This document shows positions 18,887-29,382 of a DNA stretch of 64,000 nt, one piece after another. Each line of letters starts with the position of its first letter. Positions within the stretch are counted from its first letter, which is position 1. This stretch comes from a virus (taxonomy: Duplodnaviria; Heunggongvirae; Uroviricota; Caudoviricetes). The stretch is from the IMG/VR virus record IMGVR_UViG_3300037067_009442, positions 93,721 through 157,720 of that record; one strand, given 5' to 3'. Under the pieces are notes generated by a model, which saw nothing but the letters and a program-made list of their open reading frames with translations, searched no databases and was not told the origin of the DNA. The position numbers and the translations under genes were made by a program.

Positions 18887-19573
18887 ATGCCAAGTCCCCA
18901 TATAGGTATGAAGCTCCCTCGAGAGTTTTTCGAGGGTTTAGCTAAGAGTGAAGGCGGTACTCTTCTTGATGATAGTAGTACCTGGTTTGCCTACCTGTGT
19001 AGCGATGGGGTCTTGGTCATCTACCCGTTGCAATGCTTAGGTGAGATTAGGGGTATGTTCCACAAGTTCCAAGGGGAGGTAAAGGTAGCTCCCCTTGGGT
19101 ATGGGATCCTAGAGGCCTGGAGAGAGTCTCCTGGTCCAGAGACCATTGAGGTGGTTATAGACGCCATCTTGAACTCAGTTCCGGATCTATCGATCAGTGA
19201 GATTATCAGGGCTGATCTAATCAACGAGAGTCTTGACTCAAAGGAGATTACTTACGTCCCTGCGGACTGGATCAGCGGGGTTGAATGTAAGCCGTTAGTG
19301 GCTCGCCCTTGGTTACTCCCTTGTCAAGATGGTGGGCTTCTAGCTGTCTTAGCTGGATCCGTAGAGACTGGTACTAGTCAAGTTAGCGCTAGAGTCCTCA
19401 AGATCAGTCTTGACGCCTTACTTGAAGAGGGTTTCAATCCTTCATCAAAACCAATTGATGTAATGCTTAGGCCCTTTGGTGAAGCCTTCAGTCGGTCCAT
19501 GGTCAGCACCTACCCAGATAAGAAGTGGGTAGAGTCCCTGACGAAGCGAGACATTGGGTCTAAGTACCACTAG
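18887..19573 (+). CDS. hypothetical protein
   Basis: 228-aa ORF in operon. Confidence 0.65.
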   Translation: MPSPHIGMKLPREFFEGLAKSEGGTLLDDSSTWFAYLCSDGVLVIYPLQCLGEIRGMFHKFQGEVKVAPLGYGILEAWRESPGPETIEVVIDAILNSVPDLSISEIIRADLINESLDSKEITYVPADWISGVECKPLVARPWLLPCQDGGLLAVLAGSVETGTSQVSARVLKISLDALLEEGFNPSSKPIDVMLRPFGEAFSRSMVSTYPDKKWVESLTKRDIGSKYH

Positions 19574-19588
19574 AGGTGGAGCAATCAG

Positions 19589-19789
19589 ATGGCCAATCAT
19601 GGTTGTTGCGTAGATCAGAAGTGTACTCCAGAGACGTGCATGGGTCTTCCAGAAGGGAAGACCTGTGGTGATTGCGTCCAGGTCCGTCGGTGCGTAGGCA
19701 TCTTCGGCCACACTCCGACGGACACTTACTGCGACTGGTACCCTAGAAGACTTCGAGAATTGATGAGTGAAGTCCCTCAAGCGGAGTAA
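19589..19789 (+). CDS. small Cys-rich protein
   Basis: CC..C..C..CGDC..C..C. Confidence 0.6.
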   Translation: MANHGCCVDQKCTPETCMGLPEGKTCGDCVQVRRCVGIFGHTPTDTYCDWYPRRLRELMSEVPQAE

Positions 19790-19809
19790 TCTTCGGTGTA
19801 ACCCTCCCA

Positions 19810-20340
19810 ATGGCAAACCCAGATAATACCGACTTTGAGACGGCTGATGCTCTACTGACAAGTCTAAGTACTTATCGGAAGGACCATCCGAATCTAACTA
19901 TACAAGTGGCTGACCATCAGAACCCGGAGCCCACGTTAGTTTGGTGTTCAGTTTCTGGCATGGGTGTGACTTGGGCTACGTGGTCGATCCCCTTACGGTT
20001 GTTTGAGGCGACGTTATCTCAGGTGACGACTGAGTCCTATATAGGGTCTGTGGAGCGTCAAGACCTTGACCATAGGATTTGGGCACTCAAGAAGAAAACG
20101 ACCCTTGATGTCATTACCATCCTCGAGGTGGTAGGGTACAGTGAGACTCGTAAGGTTGAGTCAGTGAAGGATTCCAAGTCTGATCAGCTAAAGTACCTCG
20201 CTTTGGTTGATGGTACTACTGAGTCGTTCATTGACGTCAGGAACTCAAGAGGGCAGATCTATAGGATTCGAGTAGACGGTGACACCCTCACTGCTCTTTG
20301 CAGTAGGGATTGGCCTGGAGTAGACAAGCCTTCGGTGTAA
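19810..20340 (+). CDS. hypothetical protein
   Basis: ATG 9 nt after TTCGGTGTA. Confidence 0.7.
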   Translation: MANPDNTDFETADALLTSLSTYRKDHPNLTIQVADHQNPEPTLVWCSVSGMGVTWATWSIPLRLFEATLSQVTTESYIGSVERQDLDHRIWALKKKTTLDVITILEVVGYSETRKVESVKDSKSDQLKYLALVDGTTESFIDVRNSRGQIYRIRVDGDTLTALCSRDWPGVDKPSV

Positions 20341-20348
20341 TCACCCTC

Positions 20349-20771
20349 ATGATCGTATCTCATCCTCAACGTGTCACTTGGACCTATTTAGTATTCCAAG
20401 AGGAGGAGCCCAGGACTGGGGAGTACGTTGACTCTCGTGGCTTCCACTGGCACGTCCGGCATGTCATTAGGGAGCCTAGGGTAGTCATGAGAGAGCCTGC
20501 CCCACCGGCATGGTACGTTGAGATGGGGGCGGACCATGCCTCTCACAGGCTCGAGCCTGGGGATGAACTACGACAGCTCTTCGGGGCGAGTGAGGTAGCT
20601 ACTCGTCGGGAGCAGTTGACTACGTTACTGAGGGGTGACCCCCAGTTTGACTGTGTGGGGGTTTCGGAAGACGGGTTCACCCTTCTAGCCCACTTCAGGG
20701 AAGGGCTTCCCACTTACTACGTACCCAATGAGGTTGATGGGATGCCGGTGGAAGCTCGAACACTTCGGTGA
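20349..20771 (+). CDS. hypothetical protein
   Basis: ATG 9 nt after TTCGGTGTA. Confidence 0.65.
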   Translation: MIVSHPQRVTWTYLVFQEEEPRTGEYVDSRGFHWHVRHVIREPRVVMREPAPPAWYVEMGADHASHRLEPGDELRQLFGASEVATRREQLTTLLRGDPQFDCVGVSEDGFTLLAHFREGLPTYYVPNEVDGMPVEARTLR

Positions 20772-21015
20772 GGGATCAGTCATGTCCAAGGGTAGTCGTC
20801 GAGTGAAGAACGTTTCGGGGCAGCCGGTCATCAGCTCTCATGACCGGGATCTGTACAATATCTCGGCTATCGAGTTTCCTCGAGCATGGTTGGAAGCTCG
20901 GATTTGGGACCCGACCCTTCCGGTGAACCCTCCCAAGAACCTCCCTGATGAGGCGAAGCAAGCGATCACGGTGATGGCTCGGAGGATCCTGAAGCTTGAG
21001 TCTGAGTGGTCGTGA

Positions 21016-21654
21016 TCATTTGCTGATTGGTCCGAGGGTAGACCCAAGGTACTTCCAGGCAGCCTGAGAAGCTTCGGGGAGGCTCGTCTCTCCCTGGATG
21101 AAGTCGTTGAGAAGGTGGTAGACATTCGAGGCCGCTGCGGCGATAGCTTCTGGGTCGGGGACAAGGGTCAAGTCCGAGGTATTGATTTCGGTCAGGAGGG
21201 TATCGACTTCAATCCCCTTCTCTCCAGAGAGGGGTTCCTTGAAGAATAGGATCATCCATCCGATTTCACACTCCTCGTCAAGGTTACCGTTTAGGGTGTC
21301 AATATCCTCTGAGAACTCGACCCCACATTCCTTGATCAATCGCTGGCAGATTGCCTTCAGGTTTTCGTTGGGTGGGTAACCCGATTGAATCATCTCGACT
21401 ACCAGGCCGTTTTCGTCGTTATTGAGGCAGATTCGGATTCGAACTTTTGACATCGCTGAGCAGGGTATCATTACTTTTCGCCTAAGGGAATCAGAATTCG
21501 CTTCATGAGTGAGGGCGTCTATGATAGAAGGGATCCAAATGCCGGATGAAAAGAAGGCCCAAGAGGCCAACTTCATTGCCCTCGATGAGGAGATCCCGTT
21601 TGCTGTGTCGCCCTTTGATGAGGAAAGGCGGCCACCGGAGATAAACTTGAGCAA
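21016..21654 (-). CDS. hypothetical protein (start uncertain)
   Basis: Long ORF with acidic C-terminal half. Confidence 0.55.
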   Translation of the reverse strand: MLKFISGGRLSSSKGDTANGISSSRAMKLASWAFFSSGIWIPSIIDALTHEANSDSLRRKVMIPCSAMSKVRIRICLNNDENGLVVEMIQSGYPPNENLKAICQRLIKECGVEFSEDIDTLNGNLDEECEIGWMILFFKEPLSGEKGIEVDTLLTEINTSDLTLVPDPEAIAAAASNVYHLLNDFIQGETSLPEASQAAWKYLGSTLGPISK

Positions 21655-21718
21655 GACAGTGCTTCATCAGACGGTTGGTGGCAAGGGTGTTGTGGGCCGT
21701 CTTAGGGGGAAGTGATCT

Positions 21719-22183
21719 ATGAGCGCATCAGCACACGGCAAGGTTGTCTATGGCTTTGGGCCTAGGGTCAATGAGTACCTGCGAGTAGCTTCTGGGACTC
21801 ATTGGGTTTGCTCTAGGAGAGAGAGTCACGATATCGGAGGGAGTAGAAAGTACTGCCCTGATTGTGGGGATCGAGTTGAGGAGTTACCGCGGATGGTACC
21901 CTCAAAGCTTGCAGAGAAGTATGCAAAGCTCAAGGGCGGTGGAGTACTAAGGGCGGTAGAAATCCTAGAGGACTACCAGCATATGATTCGGGGGTGGGAC
22001 GGTTATCTCTGGGTATTTGGAGTAGAGGTAGTATCCGGAAGTGGGGGTACTTGCTCAACCTTTCAACCGGGGACTATAGATCCACTGGACTCTAAACTAG
22101 TCAAAGGGATGGAGGTCCTAGGTGAGTTGTACGATAGTGATTTATCAAAGGCAAGTTACCACCTCATCGTGAGTCTTCACTAG
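21719..22183 (+). CDS. zinc-ribbon-containing hypothetical protein
   Basis: C...H...KYCPDCG. Confidence 0.65.
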   Translation: MSASAHGKVVYGFGPRVNEYLRVASGTHWVCSRRESHDIGGSRKYCPDCGDRVEELPRMVPSKLAEKYAKLKGGGVLRAVEILEDYQHMIRGWDGYLWVFGVEVVSGSGGTCSTFQPGTIDPLDSKLVKGMEVLGELYDSDLSKASYHLIVSLH

Positions 22184-22677
22184 GCAATGCCCGAAACCAA
22201 GTGCCCCTACCAAGTGGCCTCTGCCTTTCTTCGAAGGCCGGCAAACGCCTTGAATACGGAACCGATGCAACCTTGTCTGCCTCGATGTCGAAAGAAGACC
22301 CCCGAGAGTTGGGGTGACCGAGATCCGTTGGCTACTCGATGGCTAGGATCTGGGGGATCTCCAACCGTACTTGGGCTCTGTCAGATTCGATTTCAGTGTA
22401 GCGATCCACAGGAAAACGAGAGGGAGCCAACGTGACCGAAAAAGTCTACACCTTTGAGGAGTACTTGGCGCTCAGGAAGAAAAAGAAGGTCTCTCCTTAC
22501 CTTTCGGATCAATACGAAGTGACCTACATGATCAAGGGGCCAAATATGCTCAAGGAGCCGGTTCGTACCCAATTGTACGTTACAGAAGGGAAGAACGAGC
22601 ATGATAGGGTGATAGCTCGTTGGTTGAAGGACTTCCCTAACGGTGAGTTTGTAGAAGTAAGCTATAGCTAGGTCTCT

Positions 22678-23223
22678 ATGCCAACCACCTCAAGAGATAA
22701 CTTCAGTACAGACTTCATAGCAGAGGTAGCCTCTGATGTTGTGGCTAAGGTACGAGAGGGTCTTGCTCGTGTAGGGGTAGGGACAGTAGACTCAGGTCTC
22801 CCAAACTGGTTGACACTCGAGTCTTACAAGAAGCCCTTTATGTACGTGAAGGAAGAGCCATATTCCCCGAGCAAGTGGATCAGTTACCTCCAGATTCAGA
22901 TCAGGGCTCTTCGGTTTGACGGTAAGCTGCGAATGGGAGGGGATCGGGTCTCATTGAGGTGGGACTGGTGGGAGCGCCCGGTATACCAAGAGGAGCAACT
23001 ACGTCATATTGTCAATCTCCTCAAGAAACGACATGACTCTATCCTGGACTACCAAATGGAAAGGAACCCTGATGTTCATCGTCAAGCGGTTCACCTTCAG
23101 AATTACTACTTGAAGCACGCTGATGGCATTTCGGTAGTGAATGGGAAGCTTCGGGTTGAGTTTGGTGACCTGACTATGGCTCAAGCGAAGGCTCTCTTGA
23201 AGGCTCGCGAGTTAGCGGTGTAA
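22678..23223 (+). CDS. hypothetical protein
   Basis: 181-aa ORF in operon. Confidence 0.65.
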   Translation: MPTTSRDNFSTDFIAEVASDVVAKVREGLARVGVGTVDSGLPNWLTLESYKKPFMYVKEEPYSPSKWISYLQIQIRALRFDGKLRMGGDRVSLRWDWWERPVYQEEQLRHIVNLLKKRHDSILDYQMERNPDVHRQAVHLQNYYLKHADGISVVNGKLRVEFGDLTMAQAKALLKARELAV

Positions 23224-23241
23224 TCAAGGACTAGGTTTCAA

Positions 23242-24306
23242 ATGCCAGTAACATTCCCAGTTGATTCAGTCAAGCCAGCCGGTGCCCTCCCACTTAGTGT
23301 GGATCCCCTAGATGCCATTCAGGCTATCAGTGGGTTTCGACCTGAGGCTTTTGGATCTGAGTGCCCAGCCCTTATCAACCCAATTGTTCAAGGGGTTCCG
23401 GGTAGGTCAGGTGAAGCGAAGATGAATGGGTTCCTCAAGGCCATTCACGAAGCTTATGCCAACCACTACCCGCTCTCGCTTTCCCCAGATGACGTCTGGC
23501 TTGCAATCACCCAAGGGTTCTCCTACCACGTCAATGCCAATGCGGAGCAACTTCGAAAGAGCTTCGTCAAGCATGACGGTAAGGCTCTCATCAAGGTTCG
23601 ACGGGATGAATTCCTCAGGGGTTCACCAAGTAACGATTGGGCTGGTTGCTTTTCGGAGTTCTCTCAGTCCATTTCCGAGTACATTGGCAAGGATAAGCGA
23701 GACCTATTAGTCTCGGACTTCTCGACCTCGACCTCCCTCCATAGGGCGGTCTCTGAGGTCACGATGATGAACACTCTCAAGTCATACTTCGATTACGTTG
23801 TTGAGACTCGATGCGGGATCCCCGCTATCACGTTGACGGGTACTCGAAGTGATTGGGAGCGCATCCTCTATGACCTTGGAGCTCTCTTATCCTACCAATG
23901 TGAGGGGTGGATTAGAGAACTGCTCTACGTGATCAACAACTTCGTCATTGCCTTTGATGGTATTGCTGACCCGACTTTCTGGACCAACATCTACAAGATC
24001 GAGGGTCCGAAGGGATCTGGTGGGACTACCGTTTCTGGTTGGGTGAATGTCTTCTTCCCTTATTTGAACAATTGGCGAAACCCAGGGGAGTTCAATGTCC
24101 CGAACCCCTCAGCGCATGTTGAGACTTCCAGTAGAGGTATTGGCCCAGATCAGTTCCCACTTGGTATCACCTCAACCCCCTTCATTTGGTTGTACTACAG
24201 TACAACCATTCCTATGCAGTTCCTAGCTGGGTTCATTGGGACAACTCAAGATCCAACCTCTATGGTTGTTCGACCTGTACAGGGTTGGGGTATCGCTGAG
24301 AGCTGA
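23242..24306 (+). CDS. DUF4419-family protein
   Basis: AYANHYPLSLSPDDVWLAITQGF, DFSTST, CGIPAITLTGT..DW, SGWVNVFF motifs. Confidence 0.8.
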   Translation: MPVTFPVDSVKPAGALPLSVDPLDAIQAISGFRPEAFGSECPALINPIVQGVPGRSGEAKMNGFLKAIHEAYANHYPLSLSPDDVWLAITQGFSYHVNANAEQLRKSFVKHDGKALIKVRRDEFLRGSPSNDWAGCFSEFSQSISEYIGKDKRDLLVSDFSTSTSLHRAVSEVTMMNTLKSYFDYVVETRCGIPAITLTGTRSDWERILYDLGALLSYQCEGWIRELLYVINNFVIAFDGIADPTFWTNIYKIEGPKGSGGTTVSGWVNVFFPYLNNWRNPGEFNVPNPSAHVETSSRGIGPDQFPLGITSTPFIWLYYSTTIPMQFLAGFIGTTQDPTSMVVRPVQGWGIAES

Positions 24307-24311
24307 CTCCG

Positions 24312-24482
24312 ATGACAGAAATGTCTCCGAATAAGGGCATCATGAAGAACTGGCCCTCGAAGAAGAGAAGGTCTCTCTCAGTCATCAACTACGGTGAGGA
24401 GACTATCTACTATCGACCTCGGAAGTCAGTAGATGGCTTACTGACAAGATTTGAGCGTGTTCTTCGGGGACAGGTGATCTGA
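24312..24482 (+). CDS. 56-aa protein with TRFER tag (not in ORF track)
   Basis: MTEMSPNKG...LLTRFERVLRGQVI*, read by hand. Confidence 0.65.
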   Translation: MTEMSPNKGIMKNWPSKKRRSLSVINYGEETIYYRPRKSVDGLLTRFERVLRGQVI

Positions 24483-24485
24483 TCC

Positions 24486-24677
24486 ATGCCCGACGATCTA
24501 ACCTCACTTGACTCCGAAGTAGAGAAGAGGCTCCTTCACTATCTAGATTTGAAGAAGAAAGGTGGACTACCTAACATCTTCTTTGGGGGTGATGCGTATC
24601 ATGACAAGAGTCATTTCATCAAGAACTCCTTGAGACCTACTCGGTTTGAGAGGATCCTCCGAGGAGAGGTGATCTGA
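24486..24677 (+). CDS. small protein with TRFER tag
   Basis: Ends RPTRFERILRGEVI*. Confidence 0.7.
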   Translation: MPDDLTSLDSEVEKRLLHYLDLKKKGGLPNIFFGGDAYHDKSHFIKNSLRPTRFERILRGEVI

Positions 24678-24678
24678 C

Positions 24679-24960
24679 TTGTTCCTAGACGTACATCAGG
24701 TAGAAGCGGGTCAGACCTGGTACTTCCATGTTCATAGAAGCCACTACCCTATGGAGTGCAGGGTAGTGGCTTCGAACCCATCTACTCCCAATTCTTGGGC
24801 AATGGTAGGATCAGATGGGTCTGTCTTGTACATGCACCTTAGCGCTATAGAGGAAGGTGCATGGTGGCCCAAAGACCCTCCTACTCGGTTTGAGAGGATC
24901 CTTAGCAGCTTATTTGATGGACAGGGTACCGAGATTGATCTACAGGTAGGATCACTATGA
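24679..24960 (+). CDS. hypothetical protein with near-terminal TRFER tag; paralogue of 31284..31517
   Basis: PPTRFERIL then extension; shared SW.M..D....YMH. Confidence 0.65.
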   Translation: MFLDVHQVEAGQTWYFHVHRSHYPMECRVVASNPSTPNSWAMVGSDGSVLYMHLSAIEEGAWWPKDPPTRFERILSSLFDGQGTEIDLQVGSL

Positions 24961-25439
24961 CGAAAGAAGCTGAAGCTATTTCCGAAGACCTCATCGTTAG
25001 ACTTCACATCGAGATGAGTGAGGGGCGAGGGGACGGGGAGATAGCGGAAGGTATTCGGGAGGAGAGTGAGGACCCCTGGTACGCTCTCAGTGATGAGAAT
25101 AGGGATCTTTTAGACAACCTCTCAGGGGATCTCTACAACCTCGACAAGAGTGAGCTTCGGTACATCGTCGATGAGTACACGGAGGAGTCTTCTCGAGAGG
25201 GCCTCAAGACGGCGTTAGAGAATAGTCAGTGGGTTGAGGCCCTAAGGTTCTCTCGGCGGCTACGTAAGCTTCAGTTGGAGGACATTCGGAACATGGGGAG
25301 GTGCTATGAAGGACTAGGGTTCCTCAAAGCAGCCGCGGAATTCCTCAAGTTTGCTAGTGATCCGGCCAATGAGGGTTATGTAAGCGAGGGAACTTGGCCG
25401 AGTAGCATTGCAGCTTCGCACCAACCTGCTACTTCTTAG
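24957..25439 (+). CDS. acidic hypothetical protein
   Basis: ATGA overlap with upstream gene. Confidence 0.65.
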   Translation: MTKEAEAISEDLIVRLHIEMSEGRGDGEIAEGIREESEDPWYALSDENRDLLDNLSGDLYNLDKSELRYIVDEYTEESSREGLKTALENSQWVEALRFSRRLRKLQLEDIRNMGRCYEGLGFLKAAAEFLKFASDPANEGYVSEGTWPSSIAASHQPATS

Positions 25440-25658
25440 TTATGGACAACTGGAAAGAGCAGACCCTTACGATTCAACAGGTTCTTGATCTTCTCCTGTC
25501 AGTCCCTCCGGAGAAGCGTGGGTATCCTCTGTTCTCGGAGTCAGACGGTGGACAGATCTCGAATGCCATTAAGGGGATTGAGTTCGAAGAGGGAACTCAG
25601 ACTGCATCTCTATCCACGGGGTAGCTAAACTACCTTTGAGGAGGTCAGTGAGTAGCAC

Positions 25659-26984
25659 ATGACCTCAGACCTTCAGATCGTTCGTCGGGTAGTAGCAAAG
25701 TGGTCGAGCGTAGCCTTCGAATCAAGGTACGCTCGCCTTCTGCTTTCGATGTCCCGAGATCAGGCCAAGAAGATCCTTGGCTTTCCTCCGAACTACGCTC
25801 CCTCGGAGGAGGAGATCAAGAAGAACTACAAGCTGAGGGCTCTTGAAAATCATCCTGATCGGGGCGGTGATCTCGACAAGATGGTTGAGATCAATGTTGC
25901 CAAGGACATCCTGACGGGCAAGGCACAGGAGAAATGGGAGCCCGTACGTGGCCCTACCCCTACTCCGCCGGCACGTACAAGGCCCGAGCCTCCGAAGCGT
26001 CCAGAAGCTGAGTACACGGTGAAGGGGGTGCCCTTTGGTGCAGCTTGGTCTGGGGCTGGGATCCCTAGCGGGACTGATTGGAAGTTTGTCAGTGAGAGGA
26101 TTGACCTATACAGCAAGGGTTTCCCTATGCAACCTGGGTGTGTCCTATACGGGCAAACCAATACTCTCCATGTCTTCTGCGCACTCTTCAAGCAGAAGTC
26201 AACGGCAAATGTATGGCCTCCAACCGACGAGAAGGGTAGGGTCTTCGAGGTTGAAGATGGTTGGAGAGCCCAAGTTGTTACTGTCCCTATTGCCAAAGAC
26301 GTAGCGAAGATAGCTACTAAGGCAATCAAGCAAGTGGTTTCGGACCTACCCGAGCCCGGACCTGGTAGTAGTGGGACCCCCAAGAAGTACATTCTTTGGC
26401 CTGAGAACGGTGGGAACCCTACCGAGGCTTACCTTGAGAAGATCCCTTATCGTGGGAGGTATTCTCTGAAAGAGGTTCTGGTTGTAGCGGGCCTGGTCAA
26501 GTTGGATGAGAACAAAGCCCTCAAAACACCGGCCATCATCGACTTCTACGGTAAGGTGAACAAAGAGAAGCTTCGAGCTCGACCTCGAGGGATCCTCGGG
26601 AGTAGCGGAGACTTCTTTCTCATCATCGACGGTAAAGAAATCAAGCTCGAAGATGAGACTTGTGACAACATCACCAGGAGCTTCTTCCTGATCGCCGCTC
26701 TCAAGAACTTTGAGTACAACAAGGTCTACCGATTGAATCGATTGAAGGCAGGTGGCTTCTTCAAGGGCGGAGCAGGGCTTGCTTTCAAGTTGCTCTTCGA
26801 TAGCATGACTACGGAACCCTCTTGGGTGAAGGATGCTCTTGAGAAGAACATGGAGCTCTTCAAGGATCCCGAAGAGAAGACAGCTTCGGTGCTCCTTGAC
26901 TTGTGTGCTGACATGTCCCTAAGGCAAGCATCGGTCGCTACTGGGATCCCGATGAGTGACTTGATGCTAATGATCTACGAATGA
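25659..26984 (+). CDS. J-domain (DnaJ-like) protein with long unknown C-terminal region
   Basis: AKKILG...EIKKNYKLRALENHPDRGGD...INVAKDIL (HPD motif); GAGGAGG SD upstream. Confidence 0.85.
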   Translation: MTSDLQIVRRVVAKWSSVAFESRYARLLLSMSRDQAKKILGFPPNYAPSEEEIKKNYKLRALENHPDRGGDLDKMVEINVAKDILTGKAQEKWEPVRGPTPTPPARTRPEPPKRPEAEYTVKGVPFGAAWSGAGIPSGTDWKFVSERIDLYSKGFPMQPGCVLYGQTNTLHVFCALFKQKSTANVWPPTDEKGRVFEVEDGWRAQVVTVPIAKDVAKIATKAIKQVVSDLPEPGPGSSGTPKKYILWPENGGNPTEAYLEKIPYRGRYSLKEVLVVAGLVKLDENKALKTPAIIDFYGKVNKEKLRARPRGILGSSGDFFLIIDGKEIKLEDETCDNITRSFFLIAALKNFEYNKVYRLNRLKAGGFFKGGAGLAFKLLFDSMTTEPSWVKDALEKNMELFKDPEEKTASVLLDLCADMSLRQASVATGIPMSDLMLMIYE

Positions 26985-27008
26985 GCCTTCTTCGGTGTAT
27001 TCCTCCGG

Positions 27009-27434
27009 ATGACCAAGTACGAGTTGGTAACGGAGATCAAGAAATCCAAGAAAGCCATTGAGGACAAGCGGGCGAGTAGAGCTTCTGGTCAACTTGACTT
27101 GGAGTACGCTGAGGCCCTAGAGGACTTCAGTGAGGACATGACTGAGATCAGTGATGCCTTGCAGGACGTCTTTCCTGGGTGGAAGTTGGCATGGGACGGC
27201 CCAATCCAAGGGCAGATAAATCTCGTACGTATTGATATCCCCTGGGAAGTACTGCGGGTGGGGGTGGTACTAAGGGACCGTGATACTCAGACCATCTACA
27301 TCCAAGACACAGAGCGCTTCAATCGTCTTGTGCTTCCACGAGTGGAAGGGGAGAACAGGAACTACCTTACACTCCACCTTACACTCCAGGTGTTGGCAGT
27401 GATGATGCCGAAGCTGATGGACTGGAAGAAGTGA
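27009..27434 (+). CDS. hypothetical protein
   Basis: ATG 9 nt after TTCGGTGTA. Confidence 0.7.
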   Translation: MTKYELVTEIKKSKKAIEDKRASRASGQLDLEYAEALEDFSEDMTEISDALQDVFPGWKLAWDGPIQGQINLVRIDIPWEVLRVGVVLRDRDTQTIYIQDTERFNRLVLPRVEGENRNYLTLHLTLQVLAVMMPKLMDWKK

Positions 27435-27699
27435 CTAAGAAGAGTTCCCCCAAGGTGAAGGTGACTTGGGTCAAGCAAGAGATCAAGCTTGGTCGAAAGA
27501 AGATCGATGGGTGGATGGCTCAGATCCCCGAGAGAGAAGACCGGTTCCTGATCTGGCAGTCTCAGAGGATTTCTACCCTTTGGTCGCTGTGTGATCAGAA
27601 GTCGAGCATGACCTACTTCCTACACGTAGTTGATTGGGAACAAGCCTGTAAGACAGCGGAAGCACGGATTGCTGGGATACTTCGGTGTAAAAGGTTCAC

Positions 27700-27966
27700 A
27701 TGAAGTTCCAGATCGCCACGTTTAAGACTTTCATAGTTCCGAGTGATAAGCCAAGATCAGCACTTACTGGGGAGTATACAGCCATGTGTCGGGTATTCCC
27801 CTGGAGTGAGGAGAACCCAATCTGGGCAAGAGGGGCAACTCCTGAGGAGGCCAAGGAACGGCTCCTGGTGATTCTTCAGCGTCACTTAGACGGGTCCTTC
27901 CGGGAGCTCGAGGTATCCGAGGTTGAGCTGGAGATGAGTGACCCTGTTCCAGTAAGTCGGGGGTAG
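27700..27966 (+). CDS. small protein, possibly HicB-like
   Basis: YTAMC..P.....WARGATPEEAKERL; ATG 10 nt after TTCGGTGTA. Confidence 0.5.
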   Translation: MKFQIATFKTFIVPSDKPRSALTGEYTAMCRVFPWSEENPIWARGATPEEAKERLLVILQRHLDGSFRELEVSEVELEMSDPVPVSRG

Positions 27967-28215
27967 TGTCATCCTCGTAGGAGTGTGCTACAAGCGCCCC
28001 CGTGAGACTACTCTATGTACGAACACGGAAGCATCCGGAGCTACTTCAGGATCGGACTCGGATAAGGTTCAAGATGCCCTGGGGGGTCTGGATTTTCGAG
28101 AAGGGGTCCGATGCTATCAAGTTGAGCCTTCGACTTCGGTGCCAGGGATACACGGTCGAGCTTGGGGAAGAGCTTGACTCCATGGTAAGCTGGAAGGAAG
28201 TGTACCCTTGAGCCG

Positions 28216-28241
28216 AACCTCGGGTGGTATCACCCGAGGTT
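28216..28241. terminator. hairpin between convergent genes (probable terminator)
   Basis: AACCTCGGGTG-gtat-CACCCGAGGTT, 11-bp stem. Confidence 0.7.
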
Positions 28242-28250
28242 TCCTAGGTC

Positions 28251-28988
28251 CTAGATCCCGACGATTTCCTTCCATCGGTTGATGACCATTTCCGTGTAGG
28301 GGATCGATGGTGTTCCGTAGCAGCCTAGGGCCCAGGCATCGTTGACTTCAACGAGGAGGGTCTTGCCCATATCTGTGATCCCTAAGTCGAGGGAGTACCC
28401 ACAGGGAGCCTCCTTGAACTTACTGATCATAGCTTTGGCGACATCCATGTCTGGAAATACAGTGCAGTCCCCCTTGTAGTGACGGCACGCAAGGATGCTC
28501 CCTCGGTGGACAAGGACTCGGTACTCTGAGATGAAGTTGACGACCTCAGATTCCCAGGTAGGAGATTCATCCCAGAAGGTGTTCACATTGAGAAGGTTAT
28601 TGATGCTTCCCGTGTAGATAAACCCATTGAAGAGCTTGGTCCCGCCCCTGGGTTTGACAAAGATTGGTTGGGAAGTCTTCCGTTGACGGAGAGCACCTAG
28701 GGTCGAGGTATTGATCCATCGACCGAGGAAATTCTCAAGGCTTGTGGGGTAATCCAGGATCTCTGGGATTGGAACTTCAAGGCAGTTGAGAGCGGCAACG
28801 GTGAGGGGGATACCGGCGTAGACGAAGGTGTTCTTTGCTAATTCCCCTTGAATATCCTTAGTGGACGTATACAGGGTCGACTCTATGCCCAGTGCCCAAC
28901 AGCCGTACCAGACGGCAAAGGCAGTCTCGTCTAGGGGCATCTTGGTGGTGAGGGACGCTTGGATGAAGGCTTTCTTGATACCGAGCAT
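28251..28988 (-). CDS. ATP-grasp protein, R2K/DUF4343-like
   Basis: IFVKP, SEVVNFISEYRVLV, YSLDLG, LLVEVNDAWALGCYG. Confidence 0.8.
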   Translation of the reverse strand: MLGIKKAFIQASLTTKMPLDETAFAVWYGCWALGIESTLYTSTKDIQGELAKNTFVYAGIPLTVAALNCLEVPIPEILDYPTSLENFLGRWINTSTLGALRQRKTSQPIFVKPRGGTKLFNGFIYTGSINNLLNVNTFWDESPTWESEVVNFISEYRVLVHRGSILACRHYKGDCTVFPDMDVAKAMISKFKEAPCGYSLDLGITDMGKTLLVEVNDAWALGCYGTPSIPYTEMVINRWKEIVGI

Positions 28989-29382
28989 GATGAAGTACGA
29001 AACCCTAGCACCTTGGACTCCAGAAAGGGTATACCAAAGTCATGACTTTCAAGTGTAACCAGTGCGCAATCCCTGAGGGAGAGACCACCTGCGTGGCGTG
29101 CGGGGCTTCGGCAGTTGAGATTGTTCGAGTGGACCCTCTCGAGGTGGACTTGCGTTCTAGGATGAAGGAGGGGGTTGAGATTGAAGCAGTCCCGTGTGGA
29201 TTTTGCGGGGAAATGACCATTGGGAGAATCGAAAGTCCGGATGGGCAGGTGGGTTGCCTCAAGTGTTTCGGGTCCTTCCTTCAAGGGGTCGGGCTCCCGA
29301 AGCTCCCTGGCTCGGATAAATAATCAAAAATTCGTACTGGCTATCCTTGACTTAAATTTGGGAGTCATACAGGTTTTCCTCT

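Noticed and set aside
23217-23242. GGTGTA sites at 23217, 38004, 42651 and 62170 as start-linked motifs
   Set aside because: Spacing to the credible start is 16 nt or more, or only a very short ORF follows, so they are excluded from the count.
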